A stretch of DNA of 64,000 nt from Oikopleura dioica (GCA_907165135.1 OU015570.1:2315929-2379928), one strand, 5' to 3'; shown: positions 39,573 to 51,105, numbered from the stretch's first letter. Translations and numbers: made by a program. The notes: generated from the letters alone by a model not told the origin.

Positions 39573-40356
39573 TTTTTCAAGTGGCTCAATTTGAGTGGGA
39601 AATTTCTCCTTATATACTCGCTTTTCCTTTTCAAAATTCCATGATAAAAGGGAAAAAGGGAAAGAACATCTGGAAGGGATTAGTTTGGAAGAGGTTATTT
39701 GAAAATTTCACTGTTTCAAAATAATGAATCATCAAAATTCCATTCTATTTTTAGGTTCCAAGGATTACTTGGGAAATAAGTTCAGAGGGCGTAAGCCGCG
39801 ACTCGTGCCGCCGACCAAGAATTAGCGCGAGAGAAATTCCATCGAGAAGTTACGTTTTATTTTTAGAAAGAACAGGTGGAAAGGATTAGGTGGGAAATGA
39901 GGTTCAGAGAACGAAAGCCGCGACTCGTGCCGCCGAATGGGTATTAACACCCTTGCTTTATCAGCAAATTCCATTGAGAAGATTCATTCTATTTTTAGCA
40001 AGACGGGATTAGGTGAGAAATAATGTTCAGGACAAGCCGCGAATCGATGAATTTACGCATCAGCAAATCTTGAAATTTTACTTAGTTGACAGTGGTCTCG
40101 TGCCGATTGTTTGCTGTATTCAATAAAGCGGAAAAAAACTTGAGGCAAAACTTAAGATAAAAACAAGCGGCGAGTATCCGATCAGGTGCTTTTATTATTC
40201 GAAAGTATTGGTTAACTACCAGAAATGAACTTCCAAAACACAAGTATCGTGTGTCTTTTCAGGTGGTCAAAAACGTTTTTTTAACCTTGACCGGGCTCTT
40301 AAAAACGCGTGACATTGGGTATATAAGCGGGACTGACCGGTTAAGCTCGCACAGAC

Positions 40357-40672
40357 ATGGGCGACATATTTTTGAGCTACCTTGAATATGATCTTTTTGA
40401 GTTTGAAACTCTTGCAAAAAGGATCCAAAGGGCCAGCGCCTCTCATTTTGGTCGCATAAAAATTCTACTACGTACACATTACCAGGAGATGACACCGAGA
40501 GAAAGGCGTCGAGTTGCCCGCATGATCCGTAAGTTATTTCATGCTGGAAAATTATTAAAGCGGCATAGGGAGAAAAGTTGAGGAGATTGAACGAACACTG
40601 ACGCTAAGCCTTGACAAGCTCGACAATTTGTCTACTGATTTTGAAGACGCTCTTGAATCTGATCTCATCTAA
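40357..40672 (+). CDS. Hypothetical 91-aa protein, intron 40529-40568 (40 nt)
   Basis: GTAAGT...TAG removal extends the ORF: ...RMIR RKVEEIERTLTLSLDKLDNLSTDFEDALESDLI*. Confidence 0.55.
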
Positions 40673-40698
40673 TCATCTGAACCTTTTTTTTCTTTGAT

Positions 40699-41466
40699 AT
40701 GTTCAGAATGAGATTTCATGTCTATCTTGATGAAATTGATCCATTTTGGCTCATGTGCGCGGCTCGCTATCTTTTCATTACGCCCGAATGCGTTTTCGGC
40801 CCCGATTACCGGCGAAATATTGCCTGTGTCAATCTATTAAAAAATTTTTATACAGTCTACTGCGCGAACGGGTTTTTACCGTCAGACTGTGAAAAAATCT
40901 TTTCTATGACTTTTTCGAGAATTGAAATTGACAGGCGTACCCAAGAAATAATTCCAAAAGAAATTCTTGTCATGAGCTGCAGAACCATTTTTTATGAAAA
41001 AAATAATGGGCGAATCTATTACCATTCGACTGATTGCAAGTCTGTTCTGCATAAATTGAAGCAATATTCGCGTCTTTCTGGGCCAGAGCTTTACTGTTTT
41101 TGGGTGACTAGTCTTTCGGCGTATTTGAATAGACCAGCTTGCTCTGTAACTGAGGCCAACATCCATTCTGTCTCGAAATTCATAGACCGCGGCATCGAAG
41201 TCTATAGCTTTACAGACGGCACGCTCACCTTTGAGTTTGGTAGCTATCTTGAAAAAATCGAAACCCCGCTCCGCATCATCAAACCTGATATCAAGAGTAT
41301 TGCTGAGCCTTGTCTCGTGATCTACAACGACCAGATTGTCGAAACAGCCATTAAAAAGGTGAACATAGTAAAAACGTCTTTGACTAAAAATAAGCCTGCT
41401 ACAACTGATTCTGGTCTCGGCTTTCCGTTGGACGCAATGATGGAGCAGTTTTTCCTGGAAAATTAA
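40699..41466 (+). CDS. Hypothetical 255-aa Polinton cargo protein
   Basis: Long intact intronless ORF; no motif recognised. Confidence 0.65.
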   Translation: MFRMRFHVYLDEIDPFWLMCAARYLFITPECVFGPDYRRNIACVNLLKNFYTVYCANGFLPSDCEKIFSMTFSRIEIDRRTQEIIPKEILVMSCRTIFYEKNNGRIYYHSTDCKSVLHKLKQYSRLSGPELYCFWVTSLSAYLNRPACSVTEANIHSVSKFIDRGIEVYSFTDGTLTFEFGSYLEKIETPLRIIKPDIKSIAEPCLVIYNDQIVETAIKKVNIVKTSLTKNKPATTDSGLGFPLDAMMEQFFLEN

Positions 41467-41635
41467 TCTTTACGTGCATTCTCTCTTACATGGTTTATTC
41501 CTGCATATTCATATTATTTTTTTTGAGTTTTTTATTCCATCCCTTTGATCGTCTTTTTTTTTGTTTATCTTCTTTCAAAAGCAGTTTAAATGGTGTACAT
41601 GGTTTGAATAAAACATTTAGATAATGCGCTATATT

Positions 41636-44600
41636 TAGGGTTCGCGCCCAAAAATCAAGTGCCCGAAATACTTATTGTATCTGTCTAAATTTCAGATATA
41701 TTATAGATAAGGGCATTCAAAGAATATATTCTTTCAAAATTTTTCTAAATATAAGAGGGTTGAAGAGAAAATGAGCCCCAAAATTGGCGAAAAATGGGTT
41801 GAGCATGTTAGTCAGCCCAAAATTAAAAATTTCAAAAACGGGGATGATCAGTAGAATCTTCTGATCTTTATTTGATAAAAAAATTTTGGGAAACATCTAC
41901 GGTTTCGCTAGAAATTAGAAAAAACCGCCTTTTTTGGCAATATTTTTCTGTTACGTGATCATGCGCGCGCACGCGTAACAGCGCGTGATACGGGGTGGCA
42001 ACGCAAAATTCCAATCAATTTTGCCAGAATATTTTCATCCTTCGGTTTTAACAAAATAAATGAAAAAAGAATTATTTCGTTGAAATAATCAAATCGTAAA
42101 TAAACTCATGAGTAATATAAATTTATAATTTTAATAATAAAAAACTTCAAAAAGTCGTTTTAAAAACCATAATGATGAATAAAAACGGGTCAATAGATAT
42201 AAATTAAGGAGAGGGAGTGGGTGGGGATGGGGACAGGACTGAGATTGAAACACAGCTGCCTCTCTCAAGCCCATTTAAAATTAAAAGCCAGGGACGGGGC
42301 TGAGACGGCCCGAAGGGCCGTCAAGCCCATTTAAAATTAAAAGCCAGGGACGGGGCTGAGACGGCCCGAAGGGCCGTCAAGCCCATTTAAAATTAAAAGC
42401 CAGGGACGGGGCTGAGACGGCCCGAAGGGCCGTCAAGCCCATTTAAAATTAAAAGCCAGGGACGGGGCTGAGACGGCCCGAAGGGCCGTCAAGCCCATTT
42501 AAAATTAAAAGCCAGGGACGGGGCTGAGACGGCCCGAAGGGCCGTCAAGCCCATTTAAAATTAAAAGCCAGGGACGGGGCTGAGACGGCCCGAAGGGCCG
42601 TCAAGCCCATTTAAAATTAAAAGCCAGGGACGGGGCTGAGACGGCCCGAAGGGCCGTCAAGCCCATTTAAAATTAAAAGCCAGGGACGGGGCTGAGACGG
42701 CCCGAAGGGCCGTCAAGCCCATTTAAAATTAAAAGCCAGGGACGGGGCTGAGACGGCCCGAAGGGCCGTCAAGCCCATTTAAAATTAAAAGCCAGGGACG
42801 GGGCTGAGACGGCCCGAAGGGCCGTCAAGCCCATTTAAAATTAAAAGCCAGGGACGGGGCTGAGACGGCCCGAAGGGCCGTCAAGCCCATTTAAAATTAA
42901 AAGCCAGGGACGGGGCTGAGACGGCCCGAAGGGCCGTCAAGCCCATTTAAAATTAAAAGCCAGGGACGGGGCTGAGACGGCCCGAAGGGCCGTCAAGCCC
43001 ATTTAAAATTAAAAGCCAGGGACGGGGCTGAGACGGCCCGAAGGGCCGTCAAGCCCATTTAAAATTAAAAGCCAGGGACGGGGCTGAGACGGCCCGAAGG
43101 GCCGTCAAGCCCATTTAAAATTAAAAGCCAGGGACGGGGCTGAGACGGCCCGAAGGGCCGTCAAGCCCATTTAAAATTAAAAGCCAGGGACGGGGCTGAG
43201 ACGGCCCGAAGGGCCGTCAAGCCCATTTAAAATTAAAAGCCAGGGACGGGGCTGAGACGGCCCGAAGGGCCGTCAAGCCCATTTAAAATTAAAAGCCAGG
43301 GACGGGGCTGAGACGGCCCGAAGGGCCGTCAAGCCCATTTAAAATTAAAAGCCAGGGACGGGGCTGAGACGGCCCGAAGGGCCGTCAAGCCCATTTAAAA
43401 TTAAAAGCCAGGGACGGGGCTGAGACGGCCCGAAGGGCCGTCAAGCCCATTTAAAATTAAAAGCCAGGGACGGGGCTGAGACGGCCCGAAGGGCCGTCAA
43501 GCCCATTTAAAATTAAAAGCCAGGGACGGGGCTGAGACGGCCCGAAGGGCCGTCAAGCCCATTTAAAATTAAAAGCCAGGGACGGGGCTGAGACGGCCCG
43601 AAGGGCCGTCAAGCCCATTTAAAATTAAAAGCCAGGGACGGGGCTGAGACGGCCCGAAGGGCCGTCAAGCCCATTTAAAATTAAAAGCCAGGGACGGGGC
43701 TGAGACGGCCCGAAGGGCCGTCAAGCCCATTTAAAATTAAAAGCCAGGGACGGGGCTGAGACGGCCCGAAGGGCCGTCAAGCCCATTTAAAATTAAAAGC
43801 CAGGGACGGGGCTGAGACGGCCCGAAGGGCCGTCAAGCCCATTTAAAATTAAAAGCCAGGGACGGGGCTGAGACGGCCCGAAGGGCCGTCAAGCCCATTT
43901 AAAATTAAAAGCCAGGGACGGGGCTGAGACGGCCCGAAGGGCCGTCAAGCCCATTTAAAATTAAAAGCCAGGGACGGGGCTGAGACGGCCCGAAGGGCCG
44001 TCAAGCCCATTTAAAATTAAAAGCCAGGGACGGGGCTGAGACGGCCCGAAGGGCCGTCAAGCCCATTTAAAATTAAAAGCCAGGGACGGGGCTGAGACGG
44101 CCCGAAGGGCCGTCAAGCCCATTTAAAATTAAAAGCCAGGGACGGGGCTGAGACGGCCCGAAGGGCCGTCAAGCCCATTTAAAATTAAAAGCCAGGGACG
44201 GGGCTGAGACGGCCCGAAGGGCCGTCAAGCCCATTTAAAATTAAAAGCCAGGGACGGGGCTGAGACGGCCCGAAGGGCCGTCAAGCCCATTTAAAATTAA
44301 AAGCCAGGGACGGGGCTGAGACGGCCCGAAGGGCCGTCAAGCCCATTTAAAATTAAAAGCCAGGGACGGGGCTGAGACGGCCCGAAGGGCCGTCAAGCCC
44401 ATTTAAAATTAAAAGCCAGGGACGGGGCTGAGACGGCCCGAAGGGCCGTCAAGCCCATTTAAAATTAAAAGCCAGGGACGGGGCTGAGACGGCCCGAAGG
44501 GCCGTCAAGCCCATTTAAAATTAAAAGCCAGGGACGGGGCTGAGACGGCCCGAAGGGCCGTCAAGCCCATTTAAAATTAAAAGCCAGGGACGGGGCTGAG

Positions 44601-45338
44601 ACGGCCCGAAGGGCCGTCAAGCCCATTTAAAATTAAAAGCCAGGGACGGGGCTGAGACGGCCCGAAGGGCCGTCAAGCCCATTTAAAATTAAAAGCCAGG
44701 GACGGGGCTGAGACGGCCCGAAGGGCCGTCAAGCCCATTTAAAATTAAAAGCCAGGGACGGGGCTGAGTATTTTTCTATTTTTGTTTATAAGAAAATATT
44801 TAAAAAACCTTTAATAGAAAATAGAAAATGTTTTATTTGAAAAAAATATTTAATAATTTTTAGTTTTATATTTTTTAGATTTATATTTTTAATATTAATT
44901 GACTTTTTAAAAATCTTTCTTTGAAAAGAGAGAATTTCTTTGAAATGAAAGAAAATCGGATTTCGCGGCGTTCACCCTAGCCGCGTCAGAGAAATGCCTG
45001 AGGGCGAACGCCGCGCTGTGCGACGCGCGCCGCGCAAAGATGGTCAAAAATAGACCTTCAATTGTCAATTACAGGATGTTAGTCATCTGTTTCCCATAAT
45101 TTTTGAATGGAATATTGTTCTTCTTTATTGAAATTTTATATAGATCTAAAAAAATTCTGGGAAACTTTTGACTAACATGGTTTTTTAACATTAATTTCCC
45201 TATATCTCTTCAACCCTTTAATTTTTTTTTCTCGAAAATATGTTTTTTAGATCATCAAACAGGTTTATTCTACCTGTAGAAATTTGAAAACAATTCCATT
45301 TGTCTATCAGAAGATAGTTTTTTTGGGCGCGAACCCTA
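41636..45338. mobile_element. Non-autonomous hAT-type element (3.7 kb) inserted in the Polinton and carrying the 56-bp array
   Basis: TIR TAGGGTTCGCGCCCAAAAA at both ends with degenerate subterminal similarity. 8-bp TSD GCTATATT at 41628-41635 and 45339-45346. Confidence 0.9.
42265..44768. repeat. Tandem array of about 44.7 copies of a 56-bp unit containing a GAA-triloop hairpin
   Basis: Unit AAGCCCATTTAAAATTAAAAGCCAGGGACGGGGCTGAGACGGCCCGAAGGGCCGTC. The register shifts 4 nt per 60-nt line. No variant copies were seen by eye. Confidence 0.98.
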
Positions 45339-45807
45339 GCTATATTCTAAATCGTGAAAGAGATGCAGGGTACAATCCTTTTCTTTTAATGGCGTATATA
45401 ATCGGATTTGGTTTCGACCCGGAACCTTACTTTGGGAGAAGAAAAGATCGGCGAAAACTTCTTTATCTCACAGAATTCCACGATCAGCATGTTCATCTTA
45501 CCATCAAAGAAATCGAACATTATTTCGTTGTCAATTTTTGCTCTATCGATTACGATATTTATAACCGGAAATATCAGCCAGACAACTTCTTCCTTATCAG
45601 TGAAAGAACCGTATTTTTCCAAATTGAAAATGGCAACATTTGGTTCCATTGGATCGACGGATTCACACTGCTCCAGGCACTCGAGAAAAAACGTTGCATA
45701 AATTGCCCAAGTGATTTGCGTAAGTTATAAAAAATGGACTAGGAATAAGCATTTTTTTAAGTTTCAAAATACGCTCAATCGAGGAGTTCTTTAAAGTACC
45801 AGACTTT

Positions 45808-48800
45808 ATGACACTCCGTTATCGAGATCTCAAACGACTCAGTGTTGCGTTACAAAAAGACATCGAACTTTACGTCCTTCATGACTCACCCAACATAAGG
45901 CTCTTCCATGCCAAAAAGAAAAAATTCAAAAACGCGCCTCTTCGTCTCTTGGTTGATGACGGTGAGAAAAACATGGACACTGTCATATGGCCGATTCTGA
46001 TAATCCACAATGAAAGAGCAATACCAAACGATCGTGTGTGCCCAAATCCAGGGTGTTACTATAGAACCCATCTTACATTCAATTTTGAGAGACACTTCAA
46101 AATCTGTAGTCAGGCAAAAACACCGATAACCTCAAAGCAAACTGCGTACGGGCAACGAACCGACATCATTTGGAAGCTTGTTGAAGAAGCATATCTTCCT
46201 AAAGAAGCACTGAATTTTCGCAAAACAAAATTTGGTAAAGATTGTTTTTGTTAAAAATAATAATTTTTAAGTCTGCTATGATATTGAAACCTTTGAAAAA
46301 GCAATGCGGGAATCAACAGATTGTACAGTTGTCCACGCATCTCACCAGCTGCTGAGTATTGGTATTGGATCAAATTTTGGATACGAGTCTGTGATTGTAA
46401 GGGAAGATGACACTCCGGGAGCAGCGAAAAAAATGGTCAATCTCTTTGTGCAAAAATTGAAGATGGCGGTGGAATCTGCAGATTGTTTTCCAGAATATTT
46501 CTATCGCGCGATTGTAACACTAGAAACTGAAAAGCTTCTAAAAGACGACAAGATTGAAAAATCCCGATTGTCTGCTCTTCTTCGAAAACTCAAACAATAC
46601 ATGAAGATTGACGTTTTTGGCTTCAATTCAGCGAAATTTGATTTACCTGTATTGGTGCCCTACCTGTTTCCCGCTCTTCAGGCAGAGTTTGGGAAGTTTA
46701 ACGTCATCAAAAAGGGCGCAAGATATTTTCTCATCGAAACATCGTGCTGTAATTTCAAAGATGTGCTCAACTTTACGACTCCGATCAAACTGGCAAAGTA
46801 TCTGAAGCAAAATGGTGTCGAAGAAGAAAAAGGAATTTGGCCATACAATCTGTACAACTCGATCGAAGAACTGAAAGCTGCAGACATGTTTCCAACTCAC
46901 GATAAATTCTATTCCGATTTGAAGAAAGCCAACATCCCCCTTGAGCTTTATGAGGAGAATTTGAAGATGTTCACCGACTTTAAACGAGAAAATTCATCCT
47001 ATAACATGCGCGATTGGCTCAAAAGATACAATACCCTGGATGTTACTCCTCTTGCAAAAGCAATCGACAATTCTTTCAAAAACTTTCAAAAAGTTTTTGG
47101 AATGGATCCGGCCGTCTCCTTGAGCTTACCCGGTTTTGCTCAAAATTGCCTTTTCTCCCTCTACTCTGAAGATGCTGCACTATCACGTAAGTAAAATGAT
47201 CCTTTTCTGTGGTTTAATATCATTTAGACTCATTTCATCAGAAGAATGACGAAATAAGAACACTTTTTCGAAACAATATTGTTGGTGGACTGGTCAATGT
47301 TTTTTCTCGGTAAATCGCTTTTAGTTATCCAAACTTATCGTTTTTTAGCTATACTGAACTTGGTGATGAAGAAGCTCCTCACAATGCGAAATTCGCCCAG
47401 AATGGAGAGCGTTTCTCCAATATATCGTTTCTGGATTTTAACGCTCTCTATCTCTGGGCGGAAAATCAAAAGCTACCGACCACCCAGGGTATTCTTTGGG
47501 AGAAGAAATCAAACAATTTTGTCAAAAATATAATGACAAATGGAAACTCATTCGTTGCTCTTCAATGGCTTCTCTTTGCCGAAGAAAATGGTAAGAAATG
47601 GTATCATGAACATAACCTTATATCTTTTAAGACCCAAATCTGACTGACAAAAATGGTAACAGGATTCGCCTTCAGCATCAGTATTTCCGAGGGGAGCATT
47701 CAGAAGAGGGTCGCAAGGTCGACGGTTTTGCGATTGTCGATGGTGTCAAAGTATTTTGGGAGTTTCTTGGATGCAAATTTCACAAGGACTGCCCTCGGTG
47801 TCGCCCAAACGAGACAGATGAAGCTTGGGAAAGAAAAAAGGCATTCTTGGAGTCACGTGGTAAAGTCATCTTCATCCACGAATGTAAATGGAGAACAATT
47901 GCGCGCAGCGTCAAATGGAAATCAAAATACCTACCACTTATCGAAAAAAAAACAGGAACTGAAGAGCAAATTCTGGCAGGAATCAAGGATGGCTCGCTTT
48001 ACGGCTTCATTGTCGCTGACGTTCGATGTCCCCTTCCAATCTTCGAAAAATTCAAAAATCTAAATTTTCCTCCGGTTATACAGCGACTTCAAATGACACC
48101 AGAAATGCTCTCCCCATACATGAAATCTCGAGTCGAGAGAGAGAAAACAACACTAAGAGAAACCGTCGTGCAAACGTTCAATGGTGATGGACTGTTGATG
48201 TTGACAGAGACCGCAAAGTTTTACATGGACATTGGTCTCGAAGTAGGCAACATAACAAAATTTATTCAATACCGTGGAGAAAAGATGCTATCTAAATTCG
48301 TCAGTAGAATTACAGAAGGTAGAATTAAGGCAATTCTGGATAAAGAAAATGAGCTCGGACTTGTTTACAAGACAGTTGGTAATAGTTCCTACGGCAAGCT
48401 TGGACAAAAGGTTAAATCTATTTGTTCGACAGTAAATAACTCTATTAAGGTTGGGCAGCCAACAAACGTTTATGGTGACACGAGATTTTTGACAGAACAG
48501 TCAAGAAAAAAAACTTTCAAGTATTTTACCCCGCTTGAGATGGAAGACGGTGACTGTGACTATTACGAAATCACTCGAAATTCAACCAAGGTCACGGACA
48601 ATAAGCCTTTACCAATGTGCGTTGCAATCCTTCAGCACAGCAAACTTCTATTCTTACGATTCATCTATGATGTTGTGTTCGAGTTTTTTGAGCCCGGATC
48701 CTACAAACTCTGCTACTGCGACACTGACAGCATCGCAATAGGTAAGCACTCACTTCATATAAAAACTTATTTATTTTAAGCGACAACTCGCTCAGCAAAG

Positions 48801-49289
48801 TCTGGCCGGACAACGAGACTCGGAAAAAGCGAAGATACATTCTTCCCCATCGTAAAAGAGGGTCGATTAGAAGAGTTCAAAAAGGTTTGGACAAAGTGGT
48901 TCGTTCTTGACGATACCACTCGCACTGAAAAAACACCTGGGTTACTAAAGGTCGAGTGGGAGACTTCAGTGGGGTCGCTTGTGGCGCTGACATGCAAGAC
49001 ATATCAGTGTGAGGGGAAGGACAACAAGCCTGAAGAAGTGATCAAGCGATCGACAAAGGGGACACCACATTCTCATTCTATCGAGCAAACAACATTTAAA
49101 CGCGCTTTGAAAGATGAGCTTGCTGAAAGAGACAATCAAGTTGATATAAGTCGCCTTGGCCTTAGAAATCATAAAATGCAGCGTCTAACTGTCACAAAAA
49201 AAATGCTCAGTTCAATTTTCTATAAAATGCAGCTTGAATCTGACGGTATCACTTCGCGACCTTTGCAAATAAACGGTGTTTATCTTTAA
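45808..49289 (+). CDS. polB: Protein-primed family B DNA polymerase, about 1081 aa after splicing, with a VSR-like nuclease insertion. Introns at 46235-46271, 47187-47227, 47310-47348, 47591-47631, 48742-48780 and probably 48411-48449
   Basis: Splicing the GT-AG introns gives one ORF (3246 nt, all phases consistent). Motifs: ExoI VCYDIETF, ExoII GFNSAKFDL, ExoIII YNTLDV, NNIVGGLVNVFSR, motif A LDFNALYLWA, motif B KTVGNSSYGK, motif C YCDTDS, KTPGLLKVEW. N-terminal C2HC finger CPNPGC..RHFKIC. Insert SFVALQWL...GE..KVDG..WEFLGCKFHKDCPRC..IHECKW. Confidence 0.95.
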
Positions 49290-49311
49290 TCATCATTTTC
49301 CTTTTTTTAGA

Positions 49312-49848
49312 ATGCTTTTTGATTTTATGGAGCGCGATGAGCTTCTTTCGATCCTTGATAAGTTTGGCGGCAAGCTTGATTATCTGGACGCAACTGAGGA
49401 ACAATTCTTAAGGGAGAAAAATCTTTTAAGATTTCAAAGAAATCACATTATATTTCCGAAAAACCGTTCTCGAAAGACACGAGCAGAAAATATCACAATT
49501 ATTACAACTCTTGGTGGAGAATTTGACCTTCAAGTATTCATTCGCGAAATCTTGGATAGCCTTTCCTCGCCATTTCATATAATGATTGATTTTGGAGTGC
49601 TCCTGTTCCACCCGACTAGCCACGAATTCCGCTATATGTGGGCTGAGCGATATACAGCGCTTCCTTTACCACCAAGAATATCATCTGATGAAGAACGAGA
49701 TAATTTTTTTAATTCTTTTATTTCAATGGACATAAGCTCAACAGTTTTAGAGGCGCATGCCAGTCAATCTCATTTTGACAAGAGTGGCTTCTGTTTTCGG
49801 AAATTTCTGACATGCACTGTTTTCCTCTCCAAAATTCCAGATTTCTAA
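49312..49848 (+). CDS. Stand-alone 178-aa protein resembling the terminal-protein (N-terminal) domain of polinton/adintovirus pPolB
   Basis: ATG at 49312, intact ORF. PFHIMIDFGVLLFHPTSHEFRYMWA...ISSDEERDNFFNSFISMDIS...DKSGFCFRKFLTCTVFLSK resembles my recollection of the FKINxSFGFIL..tgE.RYFYA...SxW..itn.tf.v N-terminal block of pPolB (by eye only). Confidence 0.6.
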   Translation: MLFDFMERDELLSILDKFGGKLDYLDATEEQFLREKNLLRFQRNHIIFPKNRSRKTRAENITIITTLGGEFDLQVFIREILDSLSSPFHIMIDFGVLLFHPTSHEFRYMWAERYTALPLPPRISSDEERDNFFNSFISMDISSTVLEAHASQSHFDKSGFCFRKFLTCTVFLSKIPDF

Positions 49849-51105
49849 AGCAGCTCCTTTGTCACGTTCCCGAATTCATCCAATGTCAACTTCGTCATCA
49901 CACTCGTAAAAACAACTTAATTTTTGTTAATCATTTTTTATCTGCATGACACTTACCTAAACTAAGATTTTCTGTAACATCAGTTTCAAAATCAATAACA
50001 AAACTTATCCAACCATTTGAATCTTCTAATTCTCCCTGAAACTCGTGTGAAAATAAAAGCGCTTTCTTGAAATCAAAAATTGTGTCAATCGCAGGTGATG
50101 AAACATCATAGATATTGCAAAGTATGTCCTGATATTTAAGATAGGGTTCCAAAGGGAATTCAGACGAAATTGACTTAAAACATTTTAGATAGGATAAAAG
50201 AACTCGATATTTACCATAGGATATCCATGACAAGACTTCCCATTGAGCAAAATATCAAATGTTTTCACATTGTTTTGTAGGAAAGAGATAGTCTCGGAAG
50301 AGTTGCTTCCGAGCAGCAATGGCGTCTTTGTTATTCCTGCAAAAAGATAAAGTGGAGTGTTCCCTCCAACAAGATTTTCTAATCGGACGCGGCGATCATG
50401 TTGAGGAATAGATCTTATTTTGGTTGTGAGATCATCGTACTTGTAGGTGATTGTGTTTCTGTTTGAGATGTGATCACGCAAATCTTTACTCGAAACATAT
50501 TCCACTTTTGCAAAGCAGTCTTTTAGCTCAAAGACACCCTCAATGTCTGGGTTCTCGTCCTTGATTTTGATTGTCGAAAACAATGCTTCCTGACGTGCAA
50601 AGGACAAAGCCATTTCCACATTAGGTGGAAGCGGCTTGTTATCCATGAGAAATCCGTCAGTAGGAATCATCATCAGCTGGTAGACATATTTACCATCCTT
50701 AAGGATAGTTCCTGATCTGCGGGTATTGACTAGATTTTGCTGATTTGTAGAAGTCAATTCACCATAATTGAAGTCATCAAAATATCCTTCTGTCCGAAAA
50801 AATGATTCCATATAGTTTTTCGTAAAATTTACTTTCTTGAAAAGCCAATCTTTCAAGTAGTAATCGATCTGAGTGTTTGGAGTTATTGGTTGACTTTGCA
50901 ACTCAATTTTAAGTGCTTTAAACTGCTTTGGCGCAAAACCGTTTTCAACAACATACTTTGCATCGACTTCGATGTTGAAAAAAATTTGAATATTATTTTT
51001 AACAAGGCAAAGGTTCGGGTCAGCTTCAAAAACGAATTCGAGCTTATCGTTGTTGTTTACTCGAGGATAATGTTTTTTGATCAGTTTTTTATCTGGAACA
51101 CTCAT
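49845..51105 (-). CDS. Major capsid protein (double jelly-roll type), 392 aa, with introns at 50174-50214 and 49916-49956 (41 nt each)
   Basis: ORFs 50185..51105 and 49931..50233 join through GT-AG introns into one frame ending ...GWISFVIDFETDVTENLSLVVFTSVMTKLTLDEFGNVTKELL*. It has Polinton MCP-like motifs (LEFVF, DGFLMDNKPLPPNVEMALSFAR, TFDILLNGKSCHGYP) and sits in the morphogenesis module. Confidence 0.85.

Larger units (their letters stand above)
41624..45811 (+). pseudogene. 144-aa gene upstream of polB, split after codon 4 by the hAT insertion (exons 41624-41635, 45347-45719, 45762-45811)
   Basis: Removing the insertion and one TSD restores ATG CGC TAT ATT CTA AAT CGT (MRYILNR...). A 42-nt GT-AG intron lies at 45720-45761. 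The stop TGA overlaps the polB ATG (ATGA). Confidence 0.75.

Noticed and set aside
42290-42325. Hammerhead ribozyme in the repeat unit (CTGAGA-stem-loop)
   Set aside because: The core needs CUGANGA...GAAA; the unit has CTGAGAC...GTCAA and no stems I or III.
42265-44768. CRISPR array
   Set aside because: The units are identical head to tail with no unique spacers, there are no cas genes, and the context is eukaryotic.
45284-45338. N-terminus MKTIPFVYQKIVFLGANP of ORF 45284..45730
   Set aside because: It is read-through from the hAT TIR; the real ATG is at 41624.
45700-45811. Upstream 144-aa gene as the first exon of polB
   Set aside because: The canonical 42-nt intron leads to a stop overlapping the polB ATG. 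A fusion would need a non-canonical donor or a distal acceptor, so it is not excluded but unsupported.
49270-49320. Splice fusion of PolB to the downstream TP-like ORF
   Set aside because: The available GT donors (49277, 49279) with the AG at 49309-49310 give the wrong frame.
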